NCBI RefSeq assembly: GCF_036588685.1
Contig: NC_086377.1
Location: 45,694,001-45,758,000, forward strand
DNA: 64,000 nt
Direction of reading: 5' to 3'
DNA from: Mytilus trossulus
Lineage: Eukaryota
Shown here: one piece after another, positions 11,981 to 25,165 of the stretch
How the letters are laid out: every line of letters begins with the position of its first letter
Position numbering within the stretch: position 1 is the stretch's first letter
Made by a program: the position numbers and the translations under genes
Notes under the pieces: generated by a model
What the model saw: only the letters and a program-made list of their open reading frames with translations
What the model was told of the DNA's origin: nothing
Database searches by the model: none

Positions 11981-13070
11981 GGACTACAGTCCAATACTGT
12001 CTTTAGTTGTACTTTTTATGGACTACAGTCCATTAATGTCTTTAGTTGTACTGTTTAAGGACTACAGTCCATTACTGTCTTTAGTTGTACTGTTTTTATG
12101 GACTACAGTCCATTAATGTCTTTATTTGTACTGTTTAAGGACTACAGTCCATTACTGTCTTTAGTTGTACTGTTTTTATGGACTACAGTCCATTAATGTC
12201 TTTATTTGTACTGTTTAAGGACTACAGTCCATTACTGTCTTTAGTTGTACTGTTTTTATGGGCTACAGTCCATTAATGTCTTTAGTTGTACTGTTTAAGG
12301 ACTACAGTCCATTAATGTCTTTAGTTGTACTGTTTAAGGACTACAGTCCATTACTGTCTTTAGTTGTACTGTTTTTATGGGCTACAGTCCATTAATGTCT
12401 TTAGTTGTACTGTTTAAGGACTACAGTCCATTAATGTCTTTAGTTGTACTGTTTAAGGACTACAGTCCATTAATGTCTTTAGTTGTACTGTTTAAGGACT
12501 ACAGTCCAATACTGTCTTTAGTTGTACTTTTTATGGACTACAGTCCATTAATGTCTTTAGTTGTACTGTTTAAGGACTACAGTCAATTACTGTCTTTAGT
12601 TGTACTGTTTTTATGGGCTACATTCCATTAATGTCTTTAGTTGTACTGTTTAAGGACTACAGTCCATTACTGTCTTTAGTTGTACTGTTTAAGGACTACA
12701 GTCCATTACTGTCTTTAGTTGTACTGTTTTTATGGGCTACATTCCATTACTGTCTTTAGTTGTACTGTTTTTATGGGCTACATTCCATTAATGTCTTTAG
12801 TTGTACTGTTTTTATGGGCTACATTCCATTACTGTCTTTAGTTGTGCTGTTTAAGGACTACAGTCCATTACTGTCTTTAGTTGTACTGTTTTTATGGGCT
12901 ACATTCCATTACTGTCTTTAGTTGTGCTGTTTAAGGACTACAGTCCATTACTGTCTTTAGTTGTACTGTTTTTATGGGCTACATTCAATTACTGTCTTTA
13001 GTTGTACTGTTTTTATGGGCTACATTCCATTACTGTCTTTAGTTGTACTGTTTTTATGGGCTACATTCCA
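11981..13070 (+). repeat. 39-41-bp minisatellite (~27 units) immediately after the stop codon
   Basis: unit ggactacagtccatta(a/c)tgtctttagttgtactgttt(aa/ttat). Confidence 0.95.
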
Positions 13071-13536
13071 CTCCTGAAGATAGATGTACTTTTTGTGTGG
13101 ACTATAAGCCATTCCAGTTGCTAGTTTAAATTTTTGTGTGGACTAAAGTCCAATCCTTTCGATAAATGTATTTTGTTTGTGGATATTCATTTTGTTAGGC
13201 TTACAGAGAACTCATCATATTAGATGATCTACTTTTGTGAACAAAAGTCTGTTCTTGTGGTTTTTTATATTGACTTGAAACCATTCCGCTAAAACTTTAC
13301 TGTTTAATTAAGATTTTTTGCAATATATTATTGTGAAAATTGTGATATAATAGGTGTGTGGCAAAAATAACTTGCATTTTATACCGCAGTTCTTAAATTT
13401 GCATTAAGTAATTCTGCACTTGTAATTGCTTGCAAATATTTCTGAATTTACACAACTAGTTAATATTTACATGCAGTTGTTATTAGATAAAAGCTGTGTT
13501 GAATACAACCATAATACACTGTTTAAAACTAAGAAG

Positions 13537-13813
13537 TTAAGGTGGTACCCAACACTTTCACTAAAATTAATTTGGCTCGTTTAATATTCATAAAATTTTT
13601 ACAAAGTATTTACTTTGACCCTTTGACAAAAATATTAAAATTTAAAAAAAGTTGAACCAAGCATTTCATCAGGAAAATTACACTGGTTATATAACAGTTT
13701 GACATTAATTTTGATCATTGAGAAGCTTAATATTCCCTTAAAAACACAATGTCATTAAAACGTTTAGGTGATTTTACAGAGTTATCTCCTTGTAGTGTTA
13801 GGTACCACCTTAA
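13537..13813. mobile_element. TTAA-flanked MITE (Kolobok-like), same family as 3921-4168
   Basis: same TIRs and internal sequence, TTAA on both sides. Confidence 0.8.
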
Positions 13814-14690
13814 ATGTGCAATACATCACTCTAATCATGTTTATGTTGTCTTCCTCAGAGCTTTGTATATTAAATTGTTACAAAAATATATGATACCAAA
13901 GTGTACATATTGAAGTTGAGCCATATTCTGTGTATAAATACTTTAATATCTTTATTTCATGTAAATATGTAGGATCAAGCAGGATTTGTCTATAAAATTT
14001 ACTTGTTGTAAATGGTTTTGAAGGGAAAATATTTGCTGTGGTAGTACATCTTAATGATAATATGTCGGGGGAAATGGATTTTATTGATAATTGTTTGGCT
14101 TTTTAATGGATGTGAAAATATTCATAAAATAATTTTTGAAATTAATTATATATTCTAGATTTTTTGGTCTGATATTTAGACTTGTAGTACAATAATTGAT
14201 TACAAATTTTTTAACCAAATGACTCATGTAAAATTTGAAAGTTTTATGACTATTCACATGCAGTGTGCCATATCAAAACTGTGATTGTTAATGTTTATAT
14301 GATGATTTTCATGTTGGCTTATTTCATGATTCAACTTGTTTTACTGTTTGAAATATTTTTGTTGAAAGTCAATTTTTGTTTTTTGAACTAAAGCAGTACA
14401 AATAAGTTGCGTCTCCATTTTGGTAATGCATTTATTTTTTTCCATTGCTTGTTATGATGGTTATAGTGAGCAATTTAAAATTGTGTTTTTGAATTGATTG
14501 GTTCAAAGTAGAAAAATCCATACCATTTTCAAATATTTGCATGAAAAGCATTAAAAACAACTTAAAATTAAGTCTGGACATTAAGCCATTAAAGAAATTA
14601 TTATTTATATACAAAACATAATATACATTGATACTTGTTTGTAAATATAAATGTAAATATTGTGTACATAAGATTACTGGAATATATACA

Positions 14691-15569
14691 TGTTCCAGAC
14701 CGTATGAGTATTTGGACCGTACGCGTACGGGACTGATTTTAAGTAGATCAAGTTCCTTAGAAACGAATGTATATTACAGGTCAACATAACTGAAATCTCG
14801 AATTAATATAAAATCTGAAATAGTAATTGGAATAAAAACATAATATTTTAATTATTCAAAAAAGTCGCGTTAATTTAATCTGTTAATCTCATGTATTTAG
14901 CATGTCAGAAATACATGTACACGAAATTGAATATTGCTCACTAAATTGAAGTTATAAGTTTATTTAGAAGTAAACCAAATGTGGGAAGAAAAGTTTTTAG
15001 AATATTTAGAAACTTTACTGGAAAAACTGTCAAACCAGCTGTTCACTTGTGAAAAAACTGAGAGAATTAGAAGTGTTTTGATAAATGGGAAAAGTGATTC
15101 AACGAGATTCCGACAATATGTTAAGGAGAAGCAATTCGCCTTGATCAACTGAACATTGGAGTACAGACGGAATTTCCTTGCATGCCGCAGCAAAACAAGC
15201 CAGTTTTTCTCTTGCAAGTAAGAGATGCAAATGTAAAGGAACATGCCTGACAAAGACATGCAAATGTAAGAAATCAGACGTTCCTTGTGGCAGCAAGTGT
15301 CACCCGGGCTGAGAGTGCCAAAACAGGATTTCGATAGACAATTAATTTCTGAACTATTCAATTCAATTAAATGTTCACTTGTTTACTTTATTTATCTAAT
15401 TGTAATTAATTATTAAATGTTAATTTGTAAAACTCAATAAAAGTTTGTTGATAATGTTTGTCTAAAATATACCCATACAGTCTAAATACCTGTATGGTCC
15501 AGCTCGTACTAGCCCGTATGAGTATACTCGTACGGTCCGACCGTTCAAATACTCGTACGGTCTGGAACA
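14691..15569 (+). mobile_element. internally deleted Ginger2-like DNA transposon
   Basis: TGTT...AACA termini, TIR tgttccagaccgta.gagtattt, 4-bp TSD TACA; residual coding ends MWEEKFLEYL... and CKCKGTCLTKTCKCKKSDVPCGSKCH. Confidence 0.7.
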
Positions 15570-16049
15570 TACATATAATTTTGTTTATTGATTGAGAAGA
15601 TTTTTAAAACACACAAACACTCTGTTAATTTTTTTAGGGATTAAATATTTTTTTTGTATGTAAATCCCCTTTCTGATAAGATTTTATCTTAGAACCAAAT
15701 GAAGATTCAGGGTGAGCACATTTATTGCACAGCTCCCTTAAAAAACACTGTACTTTAATTCTAAGGAAAATTACAACCAATTTTGTTATGTCACAATATG
15801 GTCTTCTTAATCCTTATTCCCAAGAGCTAATTCCATCAACATCAAAGCCTGGGTCTGTGTTTGTAAAAGAAAATGTTTTAAATACAAATCAGTATTTTTC
15901 ATTATGGCATTATCTTTACTTTCTACTCATGTCTGTTATATTTGCACCTGAAGCTAAGCATGTAATCAGTAATATTGTACAATTTATCGCCACAATACTT
16001 TTTTAGTGTTAGTTACATACATTTTAGAGATAAGTCCATAATGTATAGA

Positions 16050-16270
16050 TTTTCGGTCTTTATTTTCTGACATGGTTTAAGTTTTTGGTTGAGGTAGTTT
16101 TTGATGAAGTTAAAGTCTAATCAACTTGAAAATAATCACACACATTCCTTATGATTAGAATCTAATTTTAATGCCAAATTAGAGATTTTCCCCCAATTTC
16201 ACAATCCGCTAAACATGGAAAATGATAGTATGGATGGGGCATCATTGTACTATGGACACATTCTTGTTTT
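16050..16270. repeat. interspersed repeat; related inverted copy at ~18140-18350
   Basis: tttttggttgaggtagtttttgatgaagtt...aatcaacttgaaa is the reverse complement of tttcaagttgatt...aacttcatcaaaaactaccttgaccaaaaa. Confidence 0.6.
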
Positions 16271-19200
16271 TAACTTATTTTCCATGCATTCCTTGCTATT
16301 CGCTCAATATGTATGCCAGCTGATACTTTTTAATCATTCCTAAAATGAATTTATTCTATTTTATACTTGTAAATATTAAAATTGTATATACATTTTATAT
16401 AGAATAGTCAATGGTGTTTTTAATTCTATTTATAATTTATGTTTTAATGAAATGTGATATTTAATATCACGAACTATTTGTACTAACTATATATATGTTT
16501 TCATTTCTGTAGTCATGGATACACACAAATAACTTTTAATTAATTTCATTGTATTAAAAGGCTTTGATTATGTATACTATAATTAGAAGTATTCATTTAA
16601 AAAAGGAACGAGGGTCTGGATAGGGGTCTGTTATTCTGTAAACATTTAATTTTCATCCCTTTTTTCTCTAATCTTCAAAAAATTAGACCACACATTTCTC
16701 TAATCTTCATTTTATTTGCCCATTATTCTCTTATCTTCAGTTTTTAAGGGTTTTATTCTTTAATCATTTAATCCCATCCAAACCCTACAGTATAAGACTG
16801 CATCAATCCATTAATCCATTAATAAATTTATTAGGTCTGAGGAAATGTTCTATTTTTGTGAATACTAATAATGTCATAGTTATAACAAATAGTTTTAAAG
16901 CAATTTTTTTATTCTAAGCAAACACTTTGAAAAATATACTATTACCAAGGCAATAAAATGAATATTCATTAACTTTTTTTTAAGGTTTCCTTGATTGACA
17001 TGAGAAAAGACAAAATACCCATAATAGTGAAATGAAATATATGTCATTTTTTATATTTAATTCTATGCTATACATATGTATATATATATAAGATATTGTC
17101 ATTTTTTTTATACACTTAATTTTTGACTCTTTAATTTTACTTTTTAAGATGTCTTTATATTATCAAGAGAAAATAAATGAATAAATATCTAATTCAGTTT
17201 TTTATTTCTATTGACAAGATGAGCTGGAGTTATTTCCCTTTGATTGCACATATGACAAAATATCTCTAAAAATACAAACTAGAACACATGCAAAAAAGTC
17301 ATGCATATATATATTGGAAACGGAGCTTATTGGTATACCCGTTTTAAGTTTTATTCATCATTCTCTTGGATTACTCTCTTATACTGCACACCAAATAATT
17401 TTCATGAGCAATTTATTTTTTTCATGTTTTTTCGAGAGTAGAAAAAAATTTGTGTATATAAATTGTTGTGAATAAGTTAAACTTGGATTTTTCCTTACTT
17501 AACTAAATCAGATAAATTTGAGAATTGGGAAATTAAGTCGCTGCGAAATGGATAAGAAAGGGCCAAACGCAAAATAAAGTATCCGTGAAAATAAGTTGGT
17601 TTACAGTAGGTTAATTATAAGACACAATTAATGCATTTTAAATTCTACAGTTGACTCTCGTTATCTCCATATCAGCCAGACCAGTCAAATATTTCGAGAT
17701 ACACGTAGTTGGACTCAAAAGAAAACTGGAATTTTGTCTAAATCTGTATTAAACGGATGAATATGGGAAGCAGATAGATATTCTGGTCTCAGATGGATGT
17801 ACATTGTATAGTCTGTAAATTTAGAAATTATTGCATGCAAACTTTTGCAGGAATAAACAGATCGGTCTATAAGATATTAGAATGTGAGCTATTGTTTAGA
17901 TACTCGCCCATTCTAATTATTCGCATTAAAAAGGACTTTTTTTCTGAATTTCAGTACTACGCTCTCAGTATATACACGTTTGTTCAATAAATTGCATTTT
18001 GACAAACTGAGAAGCTTAATTTTTCTCTACTTAAAGTATTTGATTAAAACAGCTGGTGCACATGTAGGTGTTATATACCGTTAAATATTATATTTCAGTT
18101 AAACAAAGTTCTGATGAAGAAAAGATTCACAATTTCCTACGTTAAACAAGAATGAAATTGGGGTGAAAACTCTTACTTGGCATTAAGATAAGAAAGCTAG
18201 ATCATATCATATAGGAACATGTGTACTAACGGTTTCAAGTTGATTGGACTTCAACTTCATCAAAAACTACCTTGACCAAAAACTTTAACCTTTTAACTCT
18301 AACAGACGTACAGACCAGAAAACATAATGCTACTATCGTGGGTGGGGCATAAAAATCAAAAAGTGAGAACAAGGGACTCTTGATGTTTACAGAATTTATA
18401 TGATTGTACATGTATATGCATGCGACAGTGGCAAATCCAGGGGGTGTTTTGGGTTAGGATCCCCCTTTTTTATTTTGTTTCTCATTTATGCTTAGCTATG
18501 TGGACATATGTTTTTGGAACCCGCTTTTTTATTTGACTTGCATGTCTCAGAAATCCCCACTTTGAAATGTAATAATAAAAAATTCTAATGATATGCTCTA
18601 GTGGTCGAATGGTATATTTATACAGCCTGTAACAGATTTTTTTTCTCATATATTCAATTTCAATGTGGATGCATGAAGATGGAAAATAACAATTTGCTTA
18701 GAAATTATACCAAAACAAATAATTGAATTTATAATAATTAATCATACATTATTATTTATTTAGTCAGATTATGTTAAAGAGAAACAGCTTGTGTCAACAG
18801 TTCTTTGAAGGATTTTTGGATTTAAAAACAAATTGTTTACATTACTTATATACAAGATGAAATGTGTCAGTGTAATCCTTAAGATCACTTAAAAAGTTTC
18901 AAATTTAGTGTTTTTTTAAATTTCTGTTCAAAGTTATAAAATATAATTCTGAATTTGTTAATTATAATTTAAATCATTGAAATTCCCCTTAATATTTAAG
19001 ATTTTTAAATTCAAAAAATGTTATTATTTTTTTCTTCTTCTTAATTTTGAATTAAGTGTTACATGGACCATAACAATGTGTACTACATTATTGATCAACC
19101 AATTATGAAACAGTTGGTTAATACTTAATATAGATTTAGGCAGAGAAGCAATCAATCTCTCATATGTTGTTAATATAAGCAATATTTACTGACATGCTGA

Positions 19201-19899
19201 TAAAAACTGTATAAATTGGTAAGGAAATAAGAAAATCACAATACAATTACGCCTGAGGGTCTCGATTCTCTCGAAGTGATTTACAGAGTAAAGAATAATG
19301 AGCAAAATGTATGAAGTATAGAGAAAAAGACTTAAAAAATTAAAGAATGCATAATTGAAGGACCACTATTTAAACCCTCATAAGAGGATCACAATACACC
19401 ATGTTTCAAAATTTTAAAAATGTACAAGGTACAACTTTATATTAACTAAAATGTTGAACAGAAAAGTGAGTGAGACTATTTGTAGTCATATTCCATTCCC
19501 TTTTTTCAGGACAATAGTAACTGTTAAATAAACATATAATCTTATGACAAAACATATAAAATTAACAGGTCTGCCACGTTTAAATAATTAGAGGTCAAAG
19601 TTTCATTTTCTTTAAAGACAAAATACAACTAATACATCATTGTCACTTACAACCTGAATTTTATGACAATTGATACGATATTGTAAACCCATTAAAGATT
19701 CATAAACCCGTTATTACAACATTTGATACACAATTATTCATGTTCTATGTACAGACTTTGTCTTTGCCTGAGGACATACATGTAATATATCTTTGACAAG
19801 TGAAGTTTTGCTTATATTAGTTATTCTTCTAAAAGCAGATTATTTCTGATATAATATTTAAGACTTTTGGTAATCATATACAGATTTGAATGAAAAAAA

Positions 19900-20340
19900 T
19901 AAGGGCCGAAAGAGACCAGAGGGATAGTCAAACTCATAGATTGAAAATAAACTGACAACACCATGACTAAAAATGAAAAAAAGACAAATAGAAAAATAAT
20001 GGTACTCATGACACAACATAGAAAATTAAAGACTAAGCAACACGAACCCTTCCAAAAATATGGGGTTGATTTCATGTGCTTCGGAATGGTTCGCATATCC
20101 TGCTCCACATGTGGCACCCGTCGTGCTGCTTATGTAATAACACATCCGGTAAATAGTCTTAATTCGGTAGGTCACATTCGTGAAAAGGAAGTGTATTGTA
20201 GTTACGACATATGATAAAGAACATATCCGATACCATCTGTGAAACGGTTATTTAACTCGTGATGGCGTCCGTAAAATTTACGGAGGGATGATTTCAACTT
20301 CACCACTTGGAATTCTTGGTTTAATAGCTTCCTTGTGACA
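19900..20340. repeat. interspersed repeat of a type abundant in bivalves; partial copies at ~2160-2290 and ~21320-21352
   Basis: shared tcctgctccacatgtggcacc and accagaggga.agtca motifs between the copies. Confidence 0.5.
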
Positions 20341-20450
20341 ACTTCGTCACTAGATCGATTGTTATAAAAAAAAAAGATTTTAGATTTACTAGTAAATTGT
20401 GTTTCTATATGTTTAAATTTTTATTACGGTTATTGTAGATTTCGTTCTCC

Positions 20451-20587
20451 GTGGCGGATCCAGAATGTTTTGTAAGGGATGCCAATCATGCTTCAGTGAT
20501 TCTCTATATACTCAACGAAATGTTGCCCCAAAAAGGGCGGGAGGGGAGGGGGGTCGAGCACCCCCCCCCCCCCTCCCGGATCCGCCT
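20451..20587. mobile_element. short MITE with ggcggatcc TIR
   Basis: ggcggatcc ... ggatccgcc enclosing G/C tracts. Confidence 0.5.
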
Positions 20588-23010
20588 ATGGTCTTCATTC
20601 TTTCAAAGTAGAGATACCTGAAATCAGACTGTAAAATAGATAATCGCTGGAAAATACCAGTTCAATAATTTTGTGATAACTTTGGGGTGCTTTTTTACTA
20701 CTGACTACTATAAGATTTGAACTATGTAACAGTTACTTCAAAAGGGTCCGTTCCTCCCTATAGAAAGCGTTCACCGGATTTACCTTAGTTTGCATAATGG
20801 AAAGAGGACCTGTCGGATTCACCCACTGTTGGTTAATTTGGCACAGAGCATCAGATTCACTCGCGGTTTGCCTAGTTGAAAAGAGGGTACCAGATGTGTG
20901 CCACCAGATGTGTGCCATGTTGGAATGAGTGCACGGATTCACCTGAGGGTTGTCGATTGGAAGGGGAGCACATAATTAACACGAGGATTGCCGATCGGAT
21001 AAAAGACAATTGATTCACCACCTGTATGCCGAGTTGGAAATAGGACATCAGATTCTCCCGTTGTTTGCCGAGTTAAAAAGAGGTCACCGGATTAACCCGA
21101 GTATTGTCAATTGGTGTGGCAAATGCTGAATACCTTGCAGGCAATTTCTATAATCTGTCGTTGATTACGATCTTAATAACGAGCTATGGACTACTATACA
21201 AATCCTTGATGGATTAATGCAACTCGGACTGTTGTACTCCTTAATCCTAACATTCATAATGTATCGTGATCCTTTAACATGGGGCAGGCATAATACAGAC
21301 AAACAAATAAACAGCTAAAAAGGAGGGACGGAAGATACCAGAGGGACAGTCACGACTAATATGTTCTATTACAAAATCACATACACCACAGTATACATTA
21401 AATGATTTTGATGTTATTATATGCACTTGCCCTCGGATAAAATGCTATATGCATTAATCTATCGAATGTCACTGATGTTAGAAATAAAATACACCAAATA
21501 TATTATTCAGAATTGTCATTGTTCATAATTATGCACGCCGAACTTTCATGAAGACACTAGTTCTACTCCTTACTTACATGTCTCAGGTTCCGTCTTCTCG
21601 GCTTTATAGTTGTATTTAGTCCTGGTCGGATCAATTGACAGGATCTCTTGGGCTCCAAATTGATGTACAACAATAAAAATATGCTACAGGTTAGAGTCGA
21701 ACGCACCTTTCACGAGTGTTGTCGGGCTTTTGACTCATACAGTATAGGATAACTAGAGGCGGATATAATACAATACTTACAAAACAAAAAGATCCCTGTT
21801 TCAAGCCCCCGTGTGTTTTCATGCTCTTGAACTTTATATCATGATTTTGACTTTTTAAACTGTTGATGAGAAAAATATGAAAAATTCTATCCCCCCTCCC
21901 GCATTTCCACTTACATACATAAAAAAAACGTGATGTTTTTACTTGAATTAAAAATCAAACTGGAAGGAAAAGAGCAGGGTAATAATTCATAGAACAGACA
22001 AGGTGCAGTGATCAATATTTTAGGTATATTTTTGAACACAGAGAGATAAACCCTGGCACCCATTTGCCAAATAAAAATTTCTTTTTCCTATATGTGCCTT
22101 CCGGAACTTTATGTTTTGAATTGTAGTTTCACTTTACGTATTCGGTATTTATTCTAATTTAAGCTCCACGTGGTAAAAATCACGTGATACAGGAATATAG
22201 TATCTTGGAGTTAGACTACTTCTTTCTTTTCGGGCGGGGACTCCAAGCATACAACATGTATGTGTATAAAGGCAGTGGAGATTTTCTGATTAAACGAAGA
22301 AAGTTGCTGGTCCGGTACACGAGTAGATCAGTTAGAAAGCAAGGTTTTAATTCTAATTATATTGGAAAGCTTAATTCGAGCCATGAGTTTTAATTTTTTG
22401 TGATTGGAGGAGACAAATGTAAAAAGTCACGAAAAAGATATGCAGGATTCGACATACTCCTCAGAGCGAATTCATTGCAATTGTTTCTCGCAACGTTCGT
22501 ATGTTATCTTGCAGTTTGCATCTGTCGCTGATGATTATGTCTTTACATGAGACTGACTGACTGAATGAGATGGGTTACCATCACACCTGCAAAAGAATGT
22601 ACTTTAGCAAATAATGACTCTATGTTTAAGAGTCATGTTGATGTTTTATGCATTTCTTGTCATTTAGTCAGTTGTTATGACATTATCCCCTCGGGATATA
22701 AGTTAGATACGATAACGTAATTCCCTGTGTTTGCCACTCTCTACGATTCCACTCAATTGCTAAAAATGGTCGCACCGGAGCCTTTCACTCCTGGCACACG
22801 TATAAAGCGCGTTCTCAACAATTTATTTGTATCTTATTCAAGATTGACCTCTACGTAAAGAGAGGAGACGCGTTACATTTGAAATTATGTCATCAAATGA
22901 ATTTGTTTTTACAGCAATGCCCACTATATATACGTGGATGATATGATTATGTGTCGCGAATTCCACTGTCCTCTTATCAATTGAAAACCTTGAATGAGGC
23001 AAAAAAGAAA

Positions 23011-23081
23011 TGCATCGGCCGGGAATCGAACCCGGGCCGCCCGCGTGGCAGGCGAGCATTCTACCACTGAACCACCGATGC
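23011..23081 (-). tRNA. trnG-GCC: tRNA-Gly(GCC)
   Basis: GCATCGGTGGTTCAGTGGTAGAATGCTCGCCTGCCACGCGGGCGGCCCGGGTTCGATTCCCGGCCGATGCA; full cloverleaf, followed by TTTCTTTTTT terminator. Confidence 0.97.
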
Positions 23082-23740
23082 TTATGACTACCTCATGTTA
23101 AACTTGATCATATAAGGACACATGTTACCTGATATGTATGGTATAAATGCATGTTAATATGATACTGAAATTGTCGGTAGAAACCCGGCACAAATAAATG
23201 TGAAAAGAGGAAATCGGCGATAATGTAGATCCCATTTGTTCAGCTGCAGCATAATCTCAGCTCGAGGTTGAAATATAGTGACCAGAAAAACGCTGTATAA
23301 TTTGAAACTTAGATATATATATAAGCTTAAACCCGCGTAGTTAAAACAAAAAAATAATCGTGATCTTAAAGGGGGAGGGATAAGTAACCTCAAGTCTTTC
23401 AAAGAAGACCTAATCGCAAAACGAAAAGTTCTGTAATTTGACACAATTTCTGTTGTGGTTTCCATGACAGACAACTTGAACTCGGTAAAGTCGACATATG
23501 GTACATGCTAATTTTCATACTCCATATGTAATTATAAGCTAAATGCATAACTTTGCCCTTTACCAATTGTACGTTTCTGCATCTAATATTTACCGACTGG
23601 TATAGTTTTGTGAGCTTTGAATACTCTCCTTTCATGCTGTCAGCTGAATCACAGTTATCATATGTTGACACAATCATAAATGTATTAGGCTCGGTAAGGA
23701 CTCTTTTATATATAGCTTAAATTAAGCAAGTTATACTAAG

Positions 23741-23812
23741 TCCGATGTGGTCTAGTGGTTAGGATTTCTGGTTTTCACCCAGACGGCCCGGGTTCGATTC
23801 CCGGCATCGGAG
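23741..23812 (+). tRNA. trnE-TTC: tRNA-Glu(TTC)
   Basis: TCCGATG/CATCGGA acceptor stem, anticodon arm TCTGG-TT TTC AC-CCAGA, GGTTCGATTCC T loop, T6 terminator downstream. Confidence 0.97.
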
Positions 23813-24435
23813 CTTTAATTTTTTGTGATTGGAGGAGACAAATGTAAAAAGTCACGAAAAAGATATGCAGGATTCGACATACTCCTCAGAGCGAATTCAT
23901 TGCAATTGTTTCTCGCAACGTTCGTATGTTATCTTGCAGTTTGCATCTGTCGCTGATGATTATGTCTTTACATGAGACTGACTGACTGAATGAGATGGGT
24001 TACCATCACACCTGCAAAAGAATGTACTTTAGCAAATAATGACTCTATGTTTAAGAGTCATGTTGATGTTTTATGCATTTCTTGTCATTTAGTCAGTTGT
24101 TATGACATTATCCCCTCGGGATATAAGTTAGATACGATAACGTAATTCCCTGTGTTTGCCACTCTCTACGATTCCACTCAATTGCTAAAAATGGTCGCAC
24201 CGGAGCCTTTCACTCCTGGCACACGTATAAAGCGCGTTCTCAACAATTTATTTGTATCTTATTCAAGATTGACCTCTACGTAAAGAGAGGAGACGCGTTA
24301 CATTTGAAATTATGTCATCAAATGAATTTGTTTTTACAGCAATGCCCACTATATATACGTGGATGATATGATTATGTGTCGCGAATTCCACTGTCCTCTT
24401 ATCAATTGAAAACCTTGAATGAGGCAAAAAAGAAA

Positions 24436-24506
24436 TGCATCGGCCGGGAATCGAACCCGGGCCGCCCGCGTGGCAGGCGAGCATTCTACCACTGAACCAC
24501 CGATGC
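24436..24506 (-). tRNA. trnG-GCC: tRNA-Gly(GCC)
   Basis: identical array copy. Confidence 0.97.
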
Positions 24507-25165
24507 TTATGACTACCTCATGTTAAACTTGATCATATAAGGACACATGTTACCTGATATGTATGGTATAAATGCATGTTAATATGATACTGAAATTGTC
24601 GGTAGAAACCCGGCACAAATAAATGTGAAAAGAGGAAATCGGCGATAATGTAGATCCCATTTGTTCAGCTGCAGCATAATCTCAGCTCGAGGTTGAAATA
24701 TAGTGACCAGAAAAACGCTGTATAATTTGAAACTTAGATATATATATAAGCTTAAACCCGCGTAGTTAAAACAAAAAAATAATCGTGATCTTAAAGGGGG
24801 AGGGATAAGTAACCTCAAGTCTTTCAAAGAAGACCTAATCGCAAAACGAAAAGTTCTGTAATTTGACACAATTTCTGTTGTGGTTTCCATGACAGACAAC
24901 TTGAACTCGGTAAAGTCGACATATGGTACATGCTAATTTTCATACTCCATATGTAATTATAAGCTAAATGCATAACTTTGCCCTTTACCAATTGTACGTT
25001 TCTGCATCTAATATTTACCGACTGGTATAGTTTTGTGAGCTTTGAATACTCTCCTTTCATGCTGTCAGCTGAATCACAGTTATCATATGTTGACACAATC
25101 ATAAATGTATTAGGCTCGGTAAGGACTCTTTTATATATAGCTTAAATTAAGCAAGTTATACTAAG

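Noticed and set aside
11981-13070. CRISPR-like periodicity and the ORF at 12377-12631
   Set aside because: Head-to-tail units with no unique spacers, in a eukaryotic context. The ORF results from a run of 39-bp units downstream of the real stop.
14960-15361. Minus-strand ORFs of 133 and 65 aa
   Set aside because: Antisense to the + strand transposase remnants.
22300-22390. gctggtccg downstream of a TATAAA as a Y RNA 5' end
   Set aside because: No complementary ttgactagc-type 3' stem is present.
22520-22570. ctgatga...gagac in the array-1 spacer as a hammerhead ribozyme or C/D snoRNA
   Set aside because: GAAA core is absent (GAGA), there is no stem I/III pairing, C-D spacing is too short, and it is not present in the type-2 unit.
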